Of a DNA stretch of 64,000 nucleotides, positions 27,485-37,424 are shown in pieces. The stretch covers positions 6,029 to 70,028 of the forward strand of contig CALHKP010000038.1 of the NCBI GenBank assembly GCA_938034165.1, written 5' to 3'. Both the position numbers and the translations under genes were made by a program. The notes beneath the pieces are model-generated. The model did no database searches. It saw nothing but the letters and a program-made list of their open reading frames with translations, and had not been told where the DNA came from. Source of the DNA: an uncultured Clostridia bacterium (GTDB lineage Bacteria; Bacillota; Clostridia; Peptostreptococcales; Anaerovoracaceae). Within the stretch, counting starts at the first letter, position 1. Every line of letters begins with the position of its first letter.

Positions 27485-28753
27485 TTATTCTGCCTCCTTT
27501 ATGAATACGTGAAGTTCTCCGCTTTTACCTGCTTCTGTCAGCTTATCTCTGTCAAAAGAGATTTTTTCCATTTCTCCCGGTGCCGCCACAGGTCTTTTCT
27601 TCTTTGCTATGATTTCGCCGCCGCATTCTACGCATACTGTACAGTTCTTATATACAGCTCCCGGTCTGAAACTTACAGTTATCTTTTCCTGCGCTCTGTC
27701 AATTGATATATTTGACGGAACTGTGTATCTTACGCCGTTTCCGCATTTTACATCAAATTTTTCATCAGAATGAGCATTAAGTTTTCCCTGAATGAACATT
27801 TGGCTGCATTTTCCTGCATTTTCCCCTTCTTCAGAAACAAAGTCAACAAGGTCATGCACATGAAGAACATTTCCGCATGCAAATACACCCTCGATATTTG
27901 TTTCAAGGCTTTCGTCAACTACAGGTCCGTTTGTTACAGGATTTATCTTTACTCCCGCATTCTGCGAAAGCTCATTTTCAGGAACAAGACCAACAGAAAG
28001 AAGCAAAGTATCGCATGAAAAATACTGCTCAGTTCCTTTGATTGGAACCCTCTTTTCGTCAACTTCGCTTACTACAACGCCTGTAACTCTGTCCTTACCC
28101 TGAATTTCAGTCACTGTATGTGAAAGAAGAAGCGGAATGTCGAAGTCGTCAAGACACTGCACTATATTTCTCTTAAGTCCGCCTGAGTACGGCATAACCT
28201 CGCATACAGCCTTTACCTTTGCCCCTTCAAGGGTCATTCTTCTTGCCATTATAAGGCCGATATCTCCCGAACCTATAATAACAATTTCTTTTCCCGGCAT
28301 AAGGCCTTCTAGGTTAACCATATGCTGGGCAGTACCTGCGGTATAAATTCCGGCAGGTCTGTATCCCGGAATGTTGATTGCACCTCTTGGTCTTTCTCTA
28401 CATCCCATTGCCAGGATTACAGCCTGTGCCTCTACAGTGCATACTCCTTCTTCTTTGTTTATGTAAGTGATTTTTTTCTCGTCGGTTATGTCAATAACCA
28501 TCGTTTCAAGTTTATATTCAATACCGTTATCCGATACCTCCTGAATGTATCTTGCCGCATACTCAGGTCCTGTAAGTTCTTCACCAAATCTGTGAAGGCC
28601 AAAACCGTTGTGAATACACTGGTTCAAGATTCCACCCAGCTTATCGTCACGCTCAAGGATTACGATATCATCTATTCCGTTTTTCTTTGCGGCAAGAGCA
28701 GCAGAAAGACCTGCAGGACCCCCACCTACAACTACTAGATCATACTTTCTCAT
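27485..28753 (-). CDS. NAD(P)/FAD-dependent pyridine-nucleotide-disulfide-type oxidoreductase
   Basis: Two Rossmann motifs, VVVGGGPAGLSAA and IIGSGDIGLIMA. Adjacent to the GlpA-like and DUF1667 genes. Confidence 0.8.
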   Translation of the reverse strand: MRKYDLVVVGGGPAGLSAALAAKKNGIDDIVILERDDKLGGILNQCIHNGFGLHRFGEELTGPEYAARYIQEVSDNGIEYKLETMVIDITDEKKITYINKEEGVCTVEAQAVILAMGCRERPRGAINIPGYRPAGIYTAGTAQHMVNLEGLMPGKEIVIIGSGDIGLIMARRMTLEGAKVKAVCEVMPYSGGLKRNIVQCLDDFDIPLLLSHTVTEIQGKDRVTGVVVSEVDEKRVPIKGTEQYFSCDTLLLSVGLVPENELSQNAGVKINPVTNGPVVDESLETNIEGVFACGNVLHVHDLVDFVSEEGENAGKCSQMFIQGKLNAHSDEKFDVKCGNGVRYTVPSNISIDRAQEKITVSFRPGAVYKNCTVCVECGGEIIAKKKRPVAAPGEMEKISFDRDKLTEAGKSGELHVFIKEAE

Positions 28754-28771
28754 TTGATCCTGTTTCCTTTC

Positions 28772-30202
28772 CTACTTTGTGTATCCTGTCAGAAGTTCAG
28801 ATCCCTTACCGTTTTTTGTAACCTCAAATACTGACATTCCTGTTTCTCTTGCTATAATATCCAAAACTTTAGGACTGCAGAATCCGGCCTGACATCTTCC
28901 GGCACCGGCTCTTGTTCTTCTCTTGATTCCGTCCATAGTCTTTGCTCCCAGAGGTCTGTTGATTGCTTCCATAATCTGACCTTCTGATACGGTTTCACAT
29001 CTACAGATGATATTTCCGTATTCAGGCTTTTCTTTTATCAGATTGCTGTATTCCTCGTTTGAGAGTTCTTCGATTCTTGTAATGCCTTTTCTTTCAGCAA
29101 CAAAGCCAGGATTTTCATCTAAACCCAGCTTTTCGCTGATAAGGCCCGAAAGATATTTTCCGATTGCAGGACAGCTGGAAAGTCCGGGTGATTCAATACC
29201 TGCACAGTCAAAAAAGCCTTCGGCATCCTTAACTTCACCTATGATAAACTCACCGCCGTCTTCATGAGCACGAAGACCTGCAAATGTAGTAATAACCTGG
29301 TTCAAAGGAACATTTTTCACACTCAGCGCCGCTTTTGTCTTTACTTGGTTAAGTCCATCTTGTGTAATGTCAATACCTTCCTTATCTTCTATATCATAAG
29401 CTGTAGGTCCTACAATCAGATTTCCCTCAACTGTAGGTGATACTAACACACCTTTTCCGTATTTACCCGGAAGTGCAAAAATTGTTCTTGAGACATGGTC
29501 AGAAACTCTCTTGTCAAGAAGATAGTATTCTCCTTTTCTTGCCTGAATATGAATCTTCTCTTCAGAAACCATATTATGGAATACATCAGCATAAACACCT
29601 GCTGCATTTACTACACATTTTCCTTCAAATACGCCTTCAGACGTTTCGACCTTCCACATCTCACCATCTTTTTTGATTTCTTCAACTTTTGTATTTAAGA
29701 AGAATTCAACGCCGTTTGTATATGCATTTTCTGCAAGCGCGATATTGAGATTAAAAGGACATACGATTCCTGCCGTAGGTGCGTAAAGTGCAGCCACAAC
29801 ATCATCTGCAAGGTTAGGTTCCATCTCAAAGAGTTTTTCCCTGTCAGTGATTACACTCAGATTTTCAACACCGTTTCTGATTCCGTTTTCCTTAAGCGCT
29901 TCGAGTCTTTCGATATCACTTTCCTTCGTGCAAACAACAAGTGAACCTGTATTTTTGTAGAGGAAATCCAACTCCTTTGAAAGGCTTTCCATCATTTTGT
30001 TTCCTTCAACGTTAAGTCTGGCCATCAGACTGCCGTTCTTTGCATCATATCCCGCATGAACGATTCCGCTGTTAGCCTTTGATGTTCCGCAACAAACATC
30101 AGCTTCTTTTCCGATAACGCAAACCTTGCAGTTGTAACGCGACAATTCTCTTGCCGCAGCAGAGCCGCAAACGCCTGCGCCGATGATAATTACATCATAC
30201 AT
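28772..30202 (-). CDS. FAD-dependent oxidoreductase, glycerol-3-phosphate dehydrogenase/oxidase-like, with a BFD-like [2Fe-2S] domain
   Basis: Contains the DVIIIGAGVCGSAAA FAD motif. The C-terminal CRCETVSEGQI...RAGAGRCQAGFC is BFD-like. Confidence 0.8.
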   Translation of the reverse strand: MYDVIIIGAGVCGSAAARELSRYNCKVCVIGKEADVCCGTSKANSGIVHAGYDAKNGSLMARLNVEGNKMMESLSKELDFLYKNTGSLVVCTKESDIERLEALKENGIRNGVENLSVITDREKLFEMEPNLADDVVAALYAPTAGIVCPFNLNIALAENAYTNGVEFFLNTKVEEIKKDGEMWKVETSEGVFEGKCVVNAAGVYADVFHNMVSEEKIHIQARKGEYYLLDKRVSDHVSRTIFALPGKYGKGVLVSPTVEGNLIVGPTAYDIEDKEGIDITQDGLNQVKTKAALSVKNVPLNQVITTFAGLRAHEDGGEFIIGEVKDAEGFFDCAGIESPGLSSCPAIGKYLSGLISEKLGLDENPGFVAERKGITRIEELSNEEYSNLIKEKPEYGNIICRCETVSEGQIMEAINRPLGAKTMDGIKRRTRAGAGRCQAGFCSPKVLDIIARETGMSVFEVTKNGKGSELLTGYTK

Positions 30203-30237
30203 ATTTAATAGCCCCCATAAATATTGTATTAACTTAT

Positions 30238-31749
30238 TTATTTTAAACGTCTTTTCAGCACTCTAACCATATAGCCGAACTCATCAGTTCTTCTAAACAA
30301 TACAACCATGCATAGATTAGGCACAGTCACACTTATGGCAAGATGCATAATAAACGCCAAAAATCCTGTCTTTGTCACAAAGCTGTCAACAAAAGCCGTT
30401 ACTCCCATAATCAGAATGAAAATGACAAAGTAGAGTATATATTTTGCATAATACTTATATGCGGATTTGTTAAATCCGTATTTGTACAGCACATGCGGTT
30501 CAATCCACACACATGTCAGCACTGAGCTTATGATTGTTCCTATAAGAACACCCGAAACCCCAATCTTTGATACCAGCAGCAACGATACTGCCAGATTAAT
30601 AAGTGACTCATATATAGGCATATATTTGTTATACCAGTAAAGCCCTTTTGCATTTTTGAATGTCTGTGATGCACCTCTCAGCCCTGTGATATATATTTTG
30701 ACTACAATCAGAAGCACAATAGCATTTCCAAACAGATACTTCTCGCTGAGCCAGATATCCCTTATAAACGGATTAAGAAGATTGTACAGGCAGCAGCAGG
30801 AAAATACATAAAGCCAGAAATTGATAAACAACACTCTGAACAGAGTTTTTTCCTGTACCTCCACAGACTCTTCTACAGCAAGGTTTCCCACGCTTGCAGA
30901 AATTGCAGTGAAAAATTTGCTGATAAAAGTAGTTACAGCATTTGTAATTGTGCAGTAGTTTGTATAAATCCCCACACTAACAAGCCCTATAAACTTTGAG
31001 ATTATAAGGTTATCCGTAGCAAAGACGATGATTGTACCTATCTTGTGAAAGACCATCGCCCAAGTGTTTTTCTTTATCTGATCAAAGATCTCCGCAGGCA
31101 TCTTTGATTTGCTGTGTTCTTTGATATAAGGATATTTCTTGTCTGCAATAACCGTAATTGAGATATTCTGCAACAGAACAAAACAAATACCTGCAATCAT
31201 ATATGCCACATAATTCTTCGTTGTAAACAGTATAACTGCCTGAACTGCCACCATGGCTACTTCAAACAAACCGTTGTTCAAAACAACTATGTAATTGTTC
31301 TGATTTGCCGTAACAAAAGCGGACTTATACGAAAAGAAATATGAAACAGCCGAATTCACAACATACAAGACATATATCAGATGTATGTTAGGTATATCCG
31401 GCATATCTTTTATGAAGTGCCCGATAAAAGGTGTCAAAGCGCTTCCGAGTACAAGAACAAAGCAGCCTACAGAAATATAAACTTTTCTGTAAAAGTTCAT
31501 TATCCTGTTTATTACATCCTGCTCATTTCTCGCTATAGGCTCGTACAAGCTGAAGATTATAGCTTCGCCTACGCCGAGTTCTGCTAGTGAAAGCATCGTC
31601 AGAATATTGCTGAACAGACCGCTTAATCCCACATATTCAATTGTAAGAACATATATTATCACTGTACGTGAAACAAACTGACATATGATATGCAGTGCAT
31701 GAAGCAGCCACGCAGTCTTTACATTTCTTGCAGCATTTTCTAAACGCAT
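30238..31749 (-). CDS. Polysaccharide/oligosaccharide flippase (MOP superfamily, Wzx-like)
   Basis: 503 aa with about 12-14 predicted hydrophobic helices and a typical Wzx-like N-terminus (..KNV..LL...I..F..R..I...L..EY.GL..LF..I..). Confidence 0.7.
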   Translation of the reverse strand: MRLENAARNVKTAWLLHALHIICQFVSRTVIIYVLTIEYVGLSGLFSNILTMLSLAELGVGEAIIFSLYEPIARNEQDVINRIMNFYRKVYISVGCFVLVLGSALTPFIGHFIKDMPDIPNIHLIYVLYVVNSAVSYFFSYKSAFVTANQNNYIVVLNNGLFEVAMVAVQAVILFTTKNYVAYMIAGICFVLLQNISITVIADKKYPYIKEHSKSKMPAEIFDQIKKNTWAMVFHKIGTIIVFATDNLIISKFIGLVSVGIYTNYCTITNAVTTFISKFFTAISASVGNLAVEESVEVQEKTLFRVLFINFWLYVFSCCCLYNLLNPFIRDIWLSEKYLFGNAIVLLIVVKIYITGLRGASQTFKNAKGLYWYNKYMPIYESLINLAVSLLLVSKIGVSGVLIGTIISSVLTCVWIEPHVLYKYGFNKSAYKYYAKYILYFVIFILIMGVTAFVDSFVTKTGFLAFIMHLAISVTVPNLCMVVLFRRTDEFGYMVRVLKRRLK

Positions 31750-31770
31750 TTTATCCTCTGATTACCAAAT

Positions 31771-32901
31771 CTATTTTTCGACAAATTCTATAACAGCTTC
31801 TGCAACTTCCTTAATTTCTTCTTCCTTCATATATGGATGCATTGGAAGAGAAAGAACCGTATCACATAATTTTTCTGTTACTGAACAGTCATATCCGTAG
31901 TCTCCTTCTATTCCGAATGCAAGCTGTTTGTGCATTGGCTTTGGATAGTATACCATTGAAGGGATTCCCTTTGATTTCAGCTCTGCCTGAAGAGCGTCTC
32001 TCACTTCTCTTGATTCCAGCTGAATTGTGTACTGCGCCCAGCTTGAATAGAATCCTTCTTTTACAACAGGAGTCTTCACTTTGCCACACAGAAGTTCTGT
32101 ATATTTTTCGGCAACAGTATTTACATCTTTTACTTCATACTCAGCAAAAGCCTTTAGCTTAACTGAAAGAATGGCCGCCTGGATAGTATCAAGTCTTGAG
32201 TTAAGTCCGATTCTGATATTATCATATTTCATCTGGCCTTTTCCATGCACTCTGATTGAACGCATAAGTTCAGCCCATTCATCATTATCTGTAAAGCATG
32301 CTCCGCCGTCTCCATAACATCCGAGAGGTTTTGCAGGGAAGAAAGAAGTAGTTGCAATATCACCAAAGCTACATGCTTTCTTGCCGTTTATTTCGCCACC
32401 GAATCCCTGTGCTCCATCTTCTAAAACGAGAAGATTATATTTCTTTGCAACTTCGCAAACAGCATCAAAATCTGCAGGAAGACCAAAGAGATCTACAGCT
32501 ACTACAGCCTTTGGAGTAAGCTTTCCTTCTGCGATCACTTTTTTGATTGCTTCTTCCAGTGAATTAACATCAATATTAAAAGTATCTTCACATACATCAA
32601 CAAAGACCGGTGTTGCTGAAGCATGAGATACGATTTCCCCTGATGAGAAGAATGTAAAATCAGGTACAAAAACTGCATCGCCCTCACCGATTCCCCATGT
32701 CATCATAGCAATAGTAAGCGCATCTGTACCATTTGCACATGTAATGCAATGCTTAACTCCAACATATTCGGCAAGCTCTTTTTCGAGCTCTGCAACCTGA
32801 GCACCGCTGATAAAATTACAGTCAGTAGCAACTTTTATCATAGCTTCATCAATATCTTTTTTCAGTACCTGATACTGGGTTTTCAAATCTCTAAACTGCA
32901 T
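31771..32901 (-). CDS. DegT/DnrJ/EryC1/StrS family PLP-dependent sugar aminotransferase
   Basis: 376 aa containing ..FISGAQVAELEKELAEYVGVKHCITCANGTDAL.. and ..SFFPAKPLGCYGDGG.. (PLP-Lys region). Confidence 0.88.
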   Translation of the reverse strand: MQFRDLKTQYQVLKKDIDEAMIKVATDCNFISGAQVAELEKELAEYVGVKHCITCANGTDALTIAMMTWGIGEGDAVFVPDFTFFSSGEIVSHASATPVFVDVCEDTFNIDVNSLEEAIKKVIAEGKLTPKAVVAVDLFGLPADFDAVCEVAKKYNLLVLEDGAQGFGGEINGKKACSFGDIATTSFFPAKPLGCYGDGGACFTDNDEWAELMRSIRVHGKGQMKYDNIRIGLNSRLDTIQAAILSVKLKAFAEYEVKDVNTVAEKYTELLCGKVKTPVVKEGFYSSWAQYTIQLESREVRDALQAELKSKGIPSMVYYPKPMHKQLAFGIEGDYGYDCSVTEKLCDTVLSLPMHPYMKEEEIKEVAEAVIEFVEK

Positions 32902-32953
32902 CGTTTTTCTCTCCTTTTCTTCATCTTAGGACCGGTATAACCATCCATAATTT

Positions 32954-32982
32954 CAAAAAACGTTTCCAAAACAGAAACGTTT
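32954..32982 (-). terminator. Terminator-like hairpin upstream of the degT-like gene
   Basis: Stem AAACGUUUC/GAAACGUUU (32958-32966 pairs with 32974-32982), followed on the minus strand by a U-rich run. Confidence 0.4.
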
Positions 32983-33015
32983 AGACAAGCAATATAATAT
33001 CTGTCAATTAGACTC

Positions 33016-33053
33016 AAAAAAACCGGCCGAGTCTGATAAATGATTCAGCCGGG
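33016..33053 (-). terminator. Intrinsic terminator after the thioesterase gene
   Basis: Minus strand reads GCCCGGC..(loop)..GCCGGU followed by U7 (plus-strand A-run at 33016-33022). Confidence 0.6.
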
Positions 33054-33143
33054 CTTTCTTAACATCACTCAATGTACCCTATGATATTACATTAAAATAT
33101 TGGAATTGTCAAGAAATCAGGCATTCTTTCACATGGATTACAA

Positions 33144-33596
33144 CTATACCTGAAGTCCCGTTCCACGTGCAGGTGTAACAACAAAGCTACTCATGCATGT
33201 AGCACATAAGACACCTGTTTCCATATCGTAAGCTTTGGCAACACCTCTGATAAGTCTTCCCCCTACCTGAGTATAATCACAGTGGAATCTATACTTTGCC
33301 CCTGTCATAGGTCTCAGATAACTGATTGTAATATCAGTAGTAGAAATAAAATCCTTTCTGAGAGAAAGTGCGCCTGTCCCTATACAAGTATCAAATGCAC
33401 TACAGATAATTCCCCCGTGTATTCCATTGTATGGATTCAGCATCCAGTCCTGTGCAGTGAGCACAAAATCAGCACACTGTTTTTCCACACTGCATTCAAG
33501 AAGTTCAAGTCCCAGCATACAGCAGATTCTGTTTTCCTGATCCTTGTACTGCTCAAGATAGCTTCTTATGTCTCTTTCAAATTCTTCGTTAGTCAT
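33144..33596 (-). CDS. PaaI-family hotdog-fold thioesterase
   Basis: 150 aa containing ..NPYNGIHGGIICSAFDTCIG.., typical of PaaI/YbgC-type thioesterases. Confidence 0.75.
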   Translation of the reverse strand: MTNEEFERDIRSYLEQYKDQENRICCMLGLELLECSVEKQCADFVLTAQDWMLNPYNGIHGGIICSAFDTCIGTGALSLRKDFISTTDITISYLRPMTGAKYRFHCDYTQVGGRLIRGVAKAYDMETGVLCATCMSSFVVTPARGTGLQV

Positions 33597-33672
33597 TCTC
33601 TCACCTCATAATGCTATTATAAAATCAATATTAACAATCAATTTTCAAAGTAGAATCATCACATAGCATCAA

Positions 33673-35010
33673 TCAGCCTATTCCCCCGTAAAGAATTCCG
33701 AGCACATACACAACGGCTGTAACTCCGACAAAAACATACTTGGTTACCGGTTCAAACCATCCACCTAGTTTGCCGGCTTTTCCCTTTTCTACCTGCTGAC
33801 GGGCAAAATCTCCAGGGCATACCCAGTAAAACATTATAGCAGCAAGAAGCGCACCCAAAGGTATCACATAAATTGATACGATATCCATCCATGTACCTAA
33901 TGCATTACCGCTTTCAATAAACACGCCTACACCTATTGCAATCAGTGCAATTATTCCAACCGCAGCCTTTCTCGAAAGACCCAGTTGCTCCTGAAGTGAC
34001 TCAATCGGAGTCTCAAACAGGTTCATCAGAGATGTAATTGCAGCAAACAATACTGCAACAAAGAAAATCACCGAAAACAGCATTCCCATAGGCATCTGCC
34101 TGAATACTTCAGGAAGTGATATAAACATAAGCGGAGGCCCTGCAGATACATCAAGTCCAAATGCAAACACAGCCGGAATTACAACAACTCCCGCAAGCAG
34201 TGCCGCACATGTATCAAAGAAAGCAACATTTCTTGCACTATATACAACATCCACGTCATCTCCCAAATAACTTCCGTAAACAATAGTTCCCGAACCTGCA
34301 AGAGACAACGAGAAAAAGGCCTGTCCAAGAGCATATACCCAAGTCTTTGGATTTGCAAGTGCTGACCAATCAGGTACAAACAGATATTTGTATCCTTCCG
34401 CTGAACCCGGCAGAGTAAATACTCTAATCATAAGCACTATAAACAGAACAAAGAAAACAGGCATCATCAGCTTATTCATTTTCTCTATTCCCTTGGATAC
34501 TCCAAAGAGCATAATTGAAAATGTAATGACAAGACCCAGTATATGCCAGCCAACACTGCCAAAACTGCTTGCAAGCTCTCCGAAATATGCTCCCATATTA
34601 TCCGCCCTCGCAAGGTCTCCTGTCAGAGATGAAAACAGATATTTCAAAAACCAGCCCACAACTACAGAATATCCTATAGCAATTCCAAGGGAACCGATTA
34701 CCGGTATAAGCCCTAGGGCTTTGCCACCCTTAAGTCCTCTCATTTTCATGGCTTTGTCAAAGGCACCCACAGACCCTGTTCTCATGCTTCTTCCGAATGC
34801 CATTTCTCCTATAACTCCCGAAAATCCCAGGAGTACAACGAATATAAAGTAAGGGATAAGGAACGCCGCACCGCCAAAAGCTCCCGCTCTGTAAGGGAAC
34901 ATCCATATATTTCCCATACCTACAGCGGAACCGACACATGCGATAATAAATCCCATTCTGTTTCTGAATAAATCTCTTCCTGTGTTCTTTTCCATTTTAG
35001 TCTCGCCCAT
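33673..35010 (-). CDS. Sodium-dependent transporter (NSS/SNF family)
   Basis: 445-aa polytopic protein with the N-terminal motif ..GSAVGMGNIWMFPY... Its ATG overlaps the prmA stop (TAATG). An alternative ATG exists at 34995. Confidence 0.85.
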   Translation of the reverse strand: MGETKMEKNTGRDLFRNRMGFIIACVGSAVGMGNIWMFPYRAGAFGGAAFLIPYFIFVVLLGFSGVIGEMAFGRSMRTGSVGAFDKAMKMRGLKGGKALGLIPVIGSLGIAIGYSVVVGWFLKYLFSSLTGDLARADNMGAYFGELASSFGSVGWHILGLVITFSIMLFGVSKGIEKMNKLMMPVFFVLFIVLMIRVFTLPGSAEGYKYLFVPDWSALANPKTWVYALGQAFFSLSLAGSGTIVYGSYLGDDVDVVYSARNVAFFDTCAALLAGVVVIPAVFAFGLDVSAGPPLMFISLPEVFRQMPMGMLFSVIFFVAVLFAAITSLMNLFETPIESLQEQLGLSRKAAVGIIALIAIGVGVFIESGNALGTWMDIVSIYVIPLGALLAAIMFYWVCPGDFARQQVEKGKAGKLGGWFEPVTKYVFVGVTAVVYVLGILYGGIG

Positions 35011-35984
35011 TATTTCTGTCTAACCTTTGCAACTATACAACACCACTGATCGTCTTCCATTATTTCAACAATCTCAAATCCATTTTCCTCAAGGCAGCCT
35101 GCCACAACGGACTCTTTGACTGTAAGTATACCCGATGATATGAACAAAGCATTTTCCTTCATGTGGCGCGCCGCATCACCTGCCAGCATCATAACAAGGT
35201 CTGCCATAAGATTTGCAACAACGATATCAGCCTTGTAGTTAACGCCCTTTGTCAAATCTCCGTACATCGCCTTCGCAATATCATCAACCTTGTTCAGCTG
35301 AAGGTTTTCTTCTGCTACCTCAACAGCTATAGGATCTATATCTATTCCGCACACATCTCTTGCACCGAGAAGCGCTGCCGCAATTGACAAAATACCCGAT
35401 CCGCATCCCACATCGAGAACATCAAAATCTCTATCCATGTATTTCTCTAACATCTTAACACACATTGATGTAGTTTCGTGTGTACCTGTACCAAATGCCA
35501 TGCCCGGGTCTATTTCTATCACCAGTTTATTGTCCTTATTTTCGTATTCTTCCCATGTAGGCTTTACTACTATAGATTCTGAAATCTGTGCAGGTTTGAA
35601 ATAATCCTTCCATTTGTCCTTCCATAGAATATCATCTTCTATCTTTGCACTTACCTCAAGGCTTCCAAAGTCCGCGCCTTCACCGAACTCGCCCTTGGCA
35701 GCTTTTAGTGCAAGTCTGCTCATGGACTCACGAATCTTTTCTGCAAGAGCTCTGTTTTCTTCAGAATCCTCAAAGAATACCATAACCTTTGGATCTCTGT
35801 TAAGATTATCTACAACATCATCATCTATATAATCCCATTCATAGCTCTCCTTCTTTTCCATAATGTCCAGAGCGTCCATTGGGTCATCAACTACTGTATC
35901 TGTTACTCCCAGAGCAAGAAGTTCTCCGACAATAGCCTCAACACCACTGTGAGATGTTGCAATATCAACCTGAATATATTTCAT
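35010..35984 (-). CDS. prmA: Ribosomal protein L11 methyltransferase
   Basis: Contains ..PGMAFGTGTHETT.. and the SAM motif LDVGCGSGILS. I trimmed the GTG ORF start (35993) to the ATG at 35984, preceded by AAAGGTGGA. Confidence 0.9.
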   Translation of the reverse strand: MKYIQVDIATSHSGVEAIVGELLALGVTDTVVDDPMDALDIMEKKESYEWDYIDDDVVDNLNRDPKVMVFFEDSEENRALAEKIRESMSRLALKAAKGEFGEGADFGSLEVSAKIEDDILWKDKWKDYFKPAQISESIVVKPTWEEYENKDNKLVIEIDPGMAFGTGTHETTSMCVKMLEKYMDRDFDVLDVGCGSGILSIAAALLGARDVCGIDIDPIAVEVAEENLQLNKVDDIAKAMYGDLTKGVNYKADIVVANLMADLVMMLAGDAARHMKENALFISSGILTVKESVVAGCLEENGFEIVEIMEDDQWCCIVAKVRQK

Positions 35985-36111
35985 CTTTTCCACCTTTACA
36001 ATATTTTATTTGCTTTTGAATAAAATTTTTCGAAATTTTAATTTTCAAAAACTTCATTTTTTAATTTTAAACCTTTATATATCTCCCGTCAATAAAAAAA
36101 GCAAAAGAGTA

Positions 36112-36147
36112 CAATAAAAGAGTGTATCTTTTTTACGGATACACTCT
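36112..36147 (-). terminator. Intrinsic terminator after dnaJ
   Basis: A 10-bp stem, AGAGUGUAUC/GAUACACUCU (36119-36128 pairs with 36138-36147), followed on the minus strand by UUUAUUGU. Confidence 0.65.
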
Positions 36148-36154
36148 GTAAAAG

Positions 36155-37300
36155 CTATTTACTGAAAAACTCTTTCATTTTATCTGCAAATGAAGATTTC
36201 TTCTGGTAACACTGCGGATCAAGCGTTTTGCCCATGTCTTCGATGGCCTTCTTCTGTTTTGATGAAAGCTTTGTTGGGACTTCCAGAATAACCTTAACGT
36301 ACAAATCACCCATTCTTGCGCTTCTTACATTCTTAACGCCTTTGCCTTTCAGTCTGAAAACTGTATTAGGCTGTGTGCCGGCAGGAACTTTGTAAGATAC
36401 CTTACCGTCAAGCGTAGGAACTGTAATCTCATCGCCCAGTGCTGCCTGTTCAAATGTTATAGGCATATCAATCATCAGATTGTCGCCTTCACGTCTGAAT
36501 ATCTTATGAGGTTTAACCTTTACAACAAGGTAAAGATCTCCGTTTGGACCACCGTTTGGACCCGGTTCACCCTCTCCTCTGATAGGAATTACGCTGTCAT
36601 TATCAACACCTGCAGGTATATTAACGTTTATTTTTACAGTTTTTCTTACCGAGCCGGTGCCTCCGCAGTCAGGACATGGAGTATCAATAATCTTACCTGT
36701 ACCACCACAGTCAGGACATGGACCGCTACTCTGGAACTGTCCGAAAGGAGTCTTCTGGAAACTTGTAACAGTTCCTGTTCCTCCGCATTTTGAACAAGTT
36801 CTCTTTTCTGTACCCGGTTTGTTTCCTTCACCATTACATGTAGAACATCTTACCTGCTTTGTGATTGTGATTTCTTTTTTTACACCGGCTGCCGCTTCTT
36901 CGAATTCAAGAGTTACGCTCTTTTGGATATCTCTTCCTCTTGTTGGACCGCTTCTGCGTCTTGTGCCGCCTCCGAAACCGCCTCCACCATTAAACATATT
37001 TCCGAAGATGTCAAATATATCATCAAAACCTCCGAAGCCACCTGCTCCGGCACCTCCGAATCCTGCATTAGGATCTACTCCTGCGTGACCGAATCTGTCA
37101 TACTTGTTTTTTTTGTCAGGATCTGACAAAATACTGTAAGCTTCGTTTACTTCCTTAAACTTTTCTTCCGCTTCTTTGTCTCCCGGATTTCTGTCAGGAT
37201 GATATTTCATTGCCATCTTACGGAAGGCTTTTTTTATTTCATCGTCACTGGCACCCTTTGAAAGTCCCAGCACTTCATAATAATCTCTTTTCTCTGCCAT
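36155..37300 (-). CDS. dnaJ: Molecular chaperone DnaJ
   Basis: J domain (YYEVLG..KYHPDRN), a G/F-rich region and four CxxCxGxG repeats. Start set to the ATG at 37300 (MAEKRDYY), preceded by GGAAGGTGA. The ORF track begins 5 codons earlier. Confidence 0.96.
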   Translation of the reverse strand: MAEKRDYYEVLGLSKGASDDEIKKAFRKMAMKYHPDRNPGDKEAEEKFKEVNEAYSILSDPDKKNKYDRFGHAGVDPNAGFGGAGAGGFGGFDDIFDIFGNMFNGGGGFGGGTRRRSGPTRGRDIQKSVTLEFEEAAAGVKKEITITKQVRCSTCNGEGNKPGTEKRTCSKCGGTGTVTSFQKTPFGQFQSSGPCPDCGGTGKIIDTPCPDCGGTGSVRKTVKINVNIPAGVDNDSVIPIRGEGEPGPNGGPNGDLYLVVKVKPHKIFRREGDNLMIDMPITFEQAALGDEITVPTLDGKVSYKVPAGTQPNTVFRLKGKGVKNVRSARMGDLYVKVILEVPTKLSSKQKKAIEDMGKTLDPQCYQKKSSFADKMKEFFSK

Positions 37301-37343
37301 AACTTCACCTTCCATTTACAACAAATTATAAGCGTACTCAATT

Positions 37344-37384
37344 TACAAACAAAGATTTGCCCGCGACCTTAGCCATGGGCAAAT
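37344..37384 (-). terminator. Intercistronic hairpin between dnaK and dnaJ (partial terminator or processing site)
   Basis: Stem AUUUGCCC/GGGCAAAU (37355-37362 pairs with 37377-37384), followed on the minus strand by CUUUGUUUG. Confidence 0.45.
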
Positions 37385-37424
37385 CTCATGTTATTACCAA
37401 TGAATGTCGCCTGAAATAATCTAA

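Noticed and set aside
36657-37088. A 143-aa plus-strand Pro-rich ORF antisense to dnaJ, plus many similar >100-aa antisense ORFs in ileS, pnp, polC, glmM, cdaR and others
   Set aside because: All lie fully inside strongly supported housekeeping genes on the opposite strand, and none has a recognisable domain. These are typical shadow ORFs.
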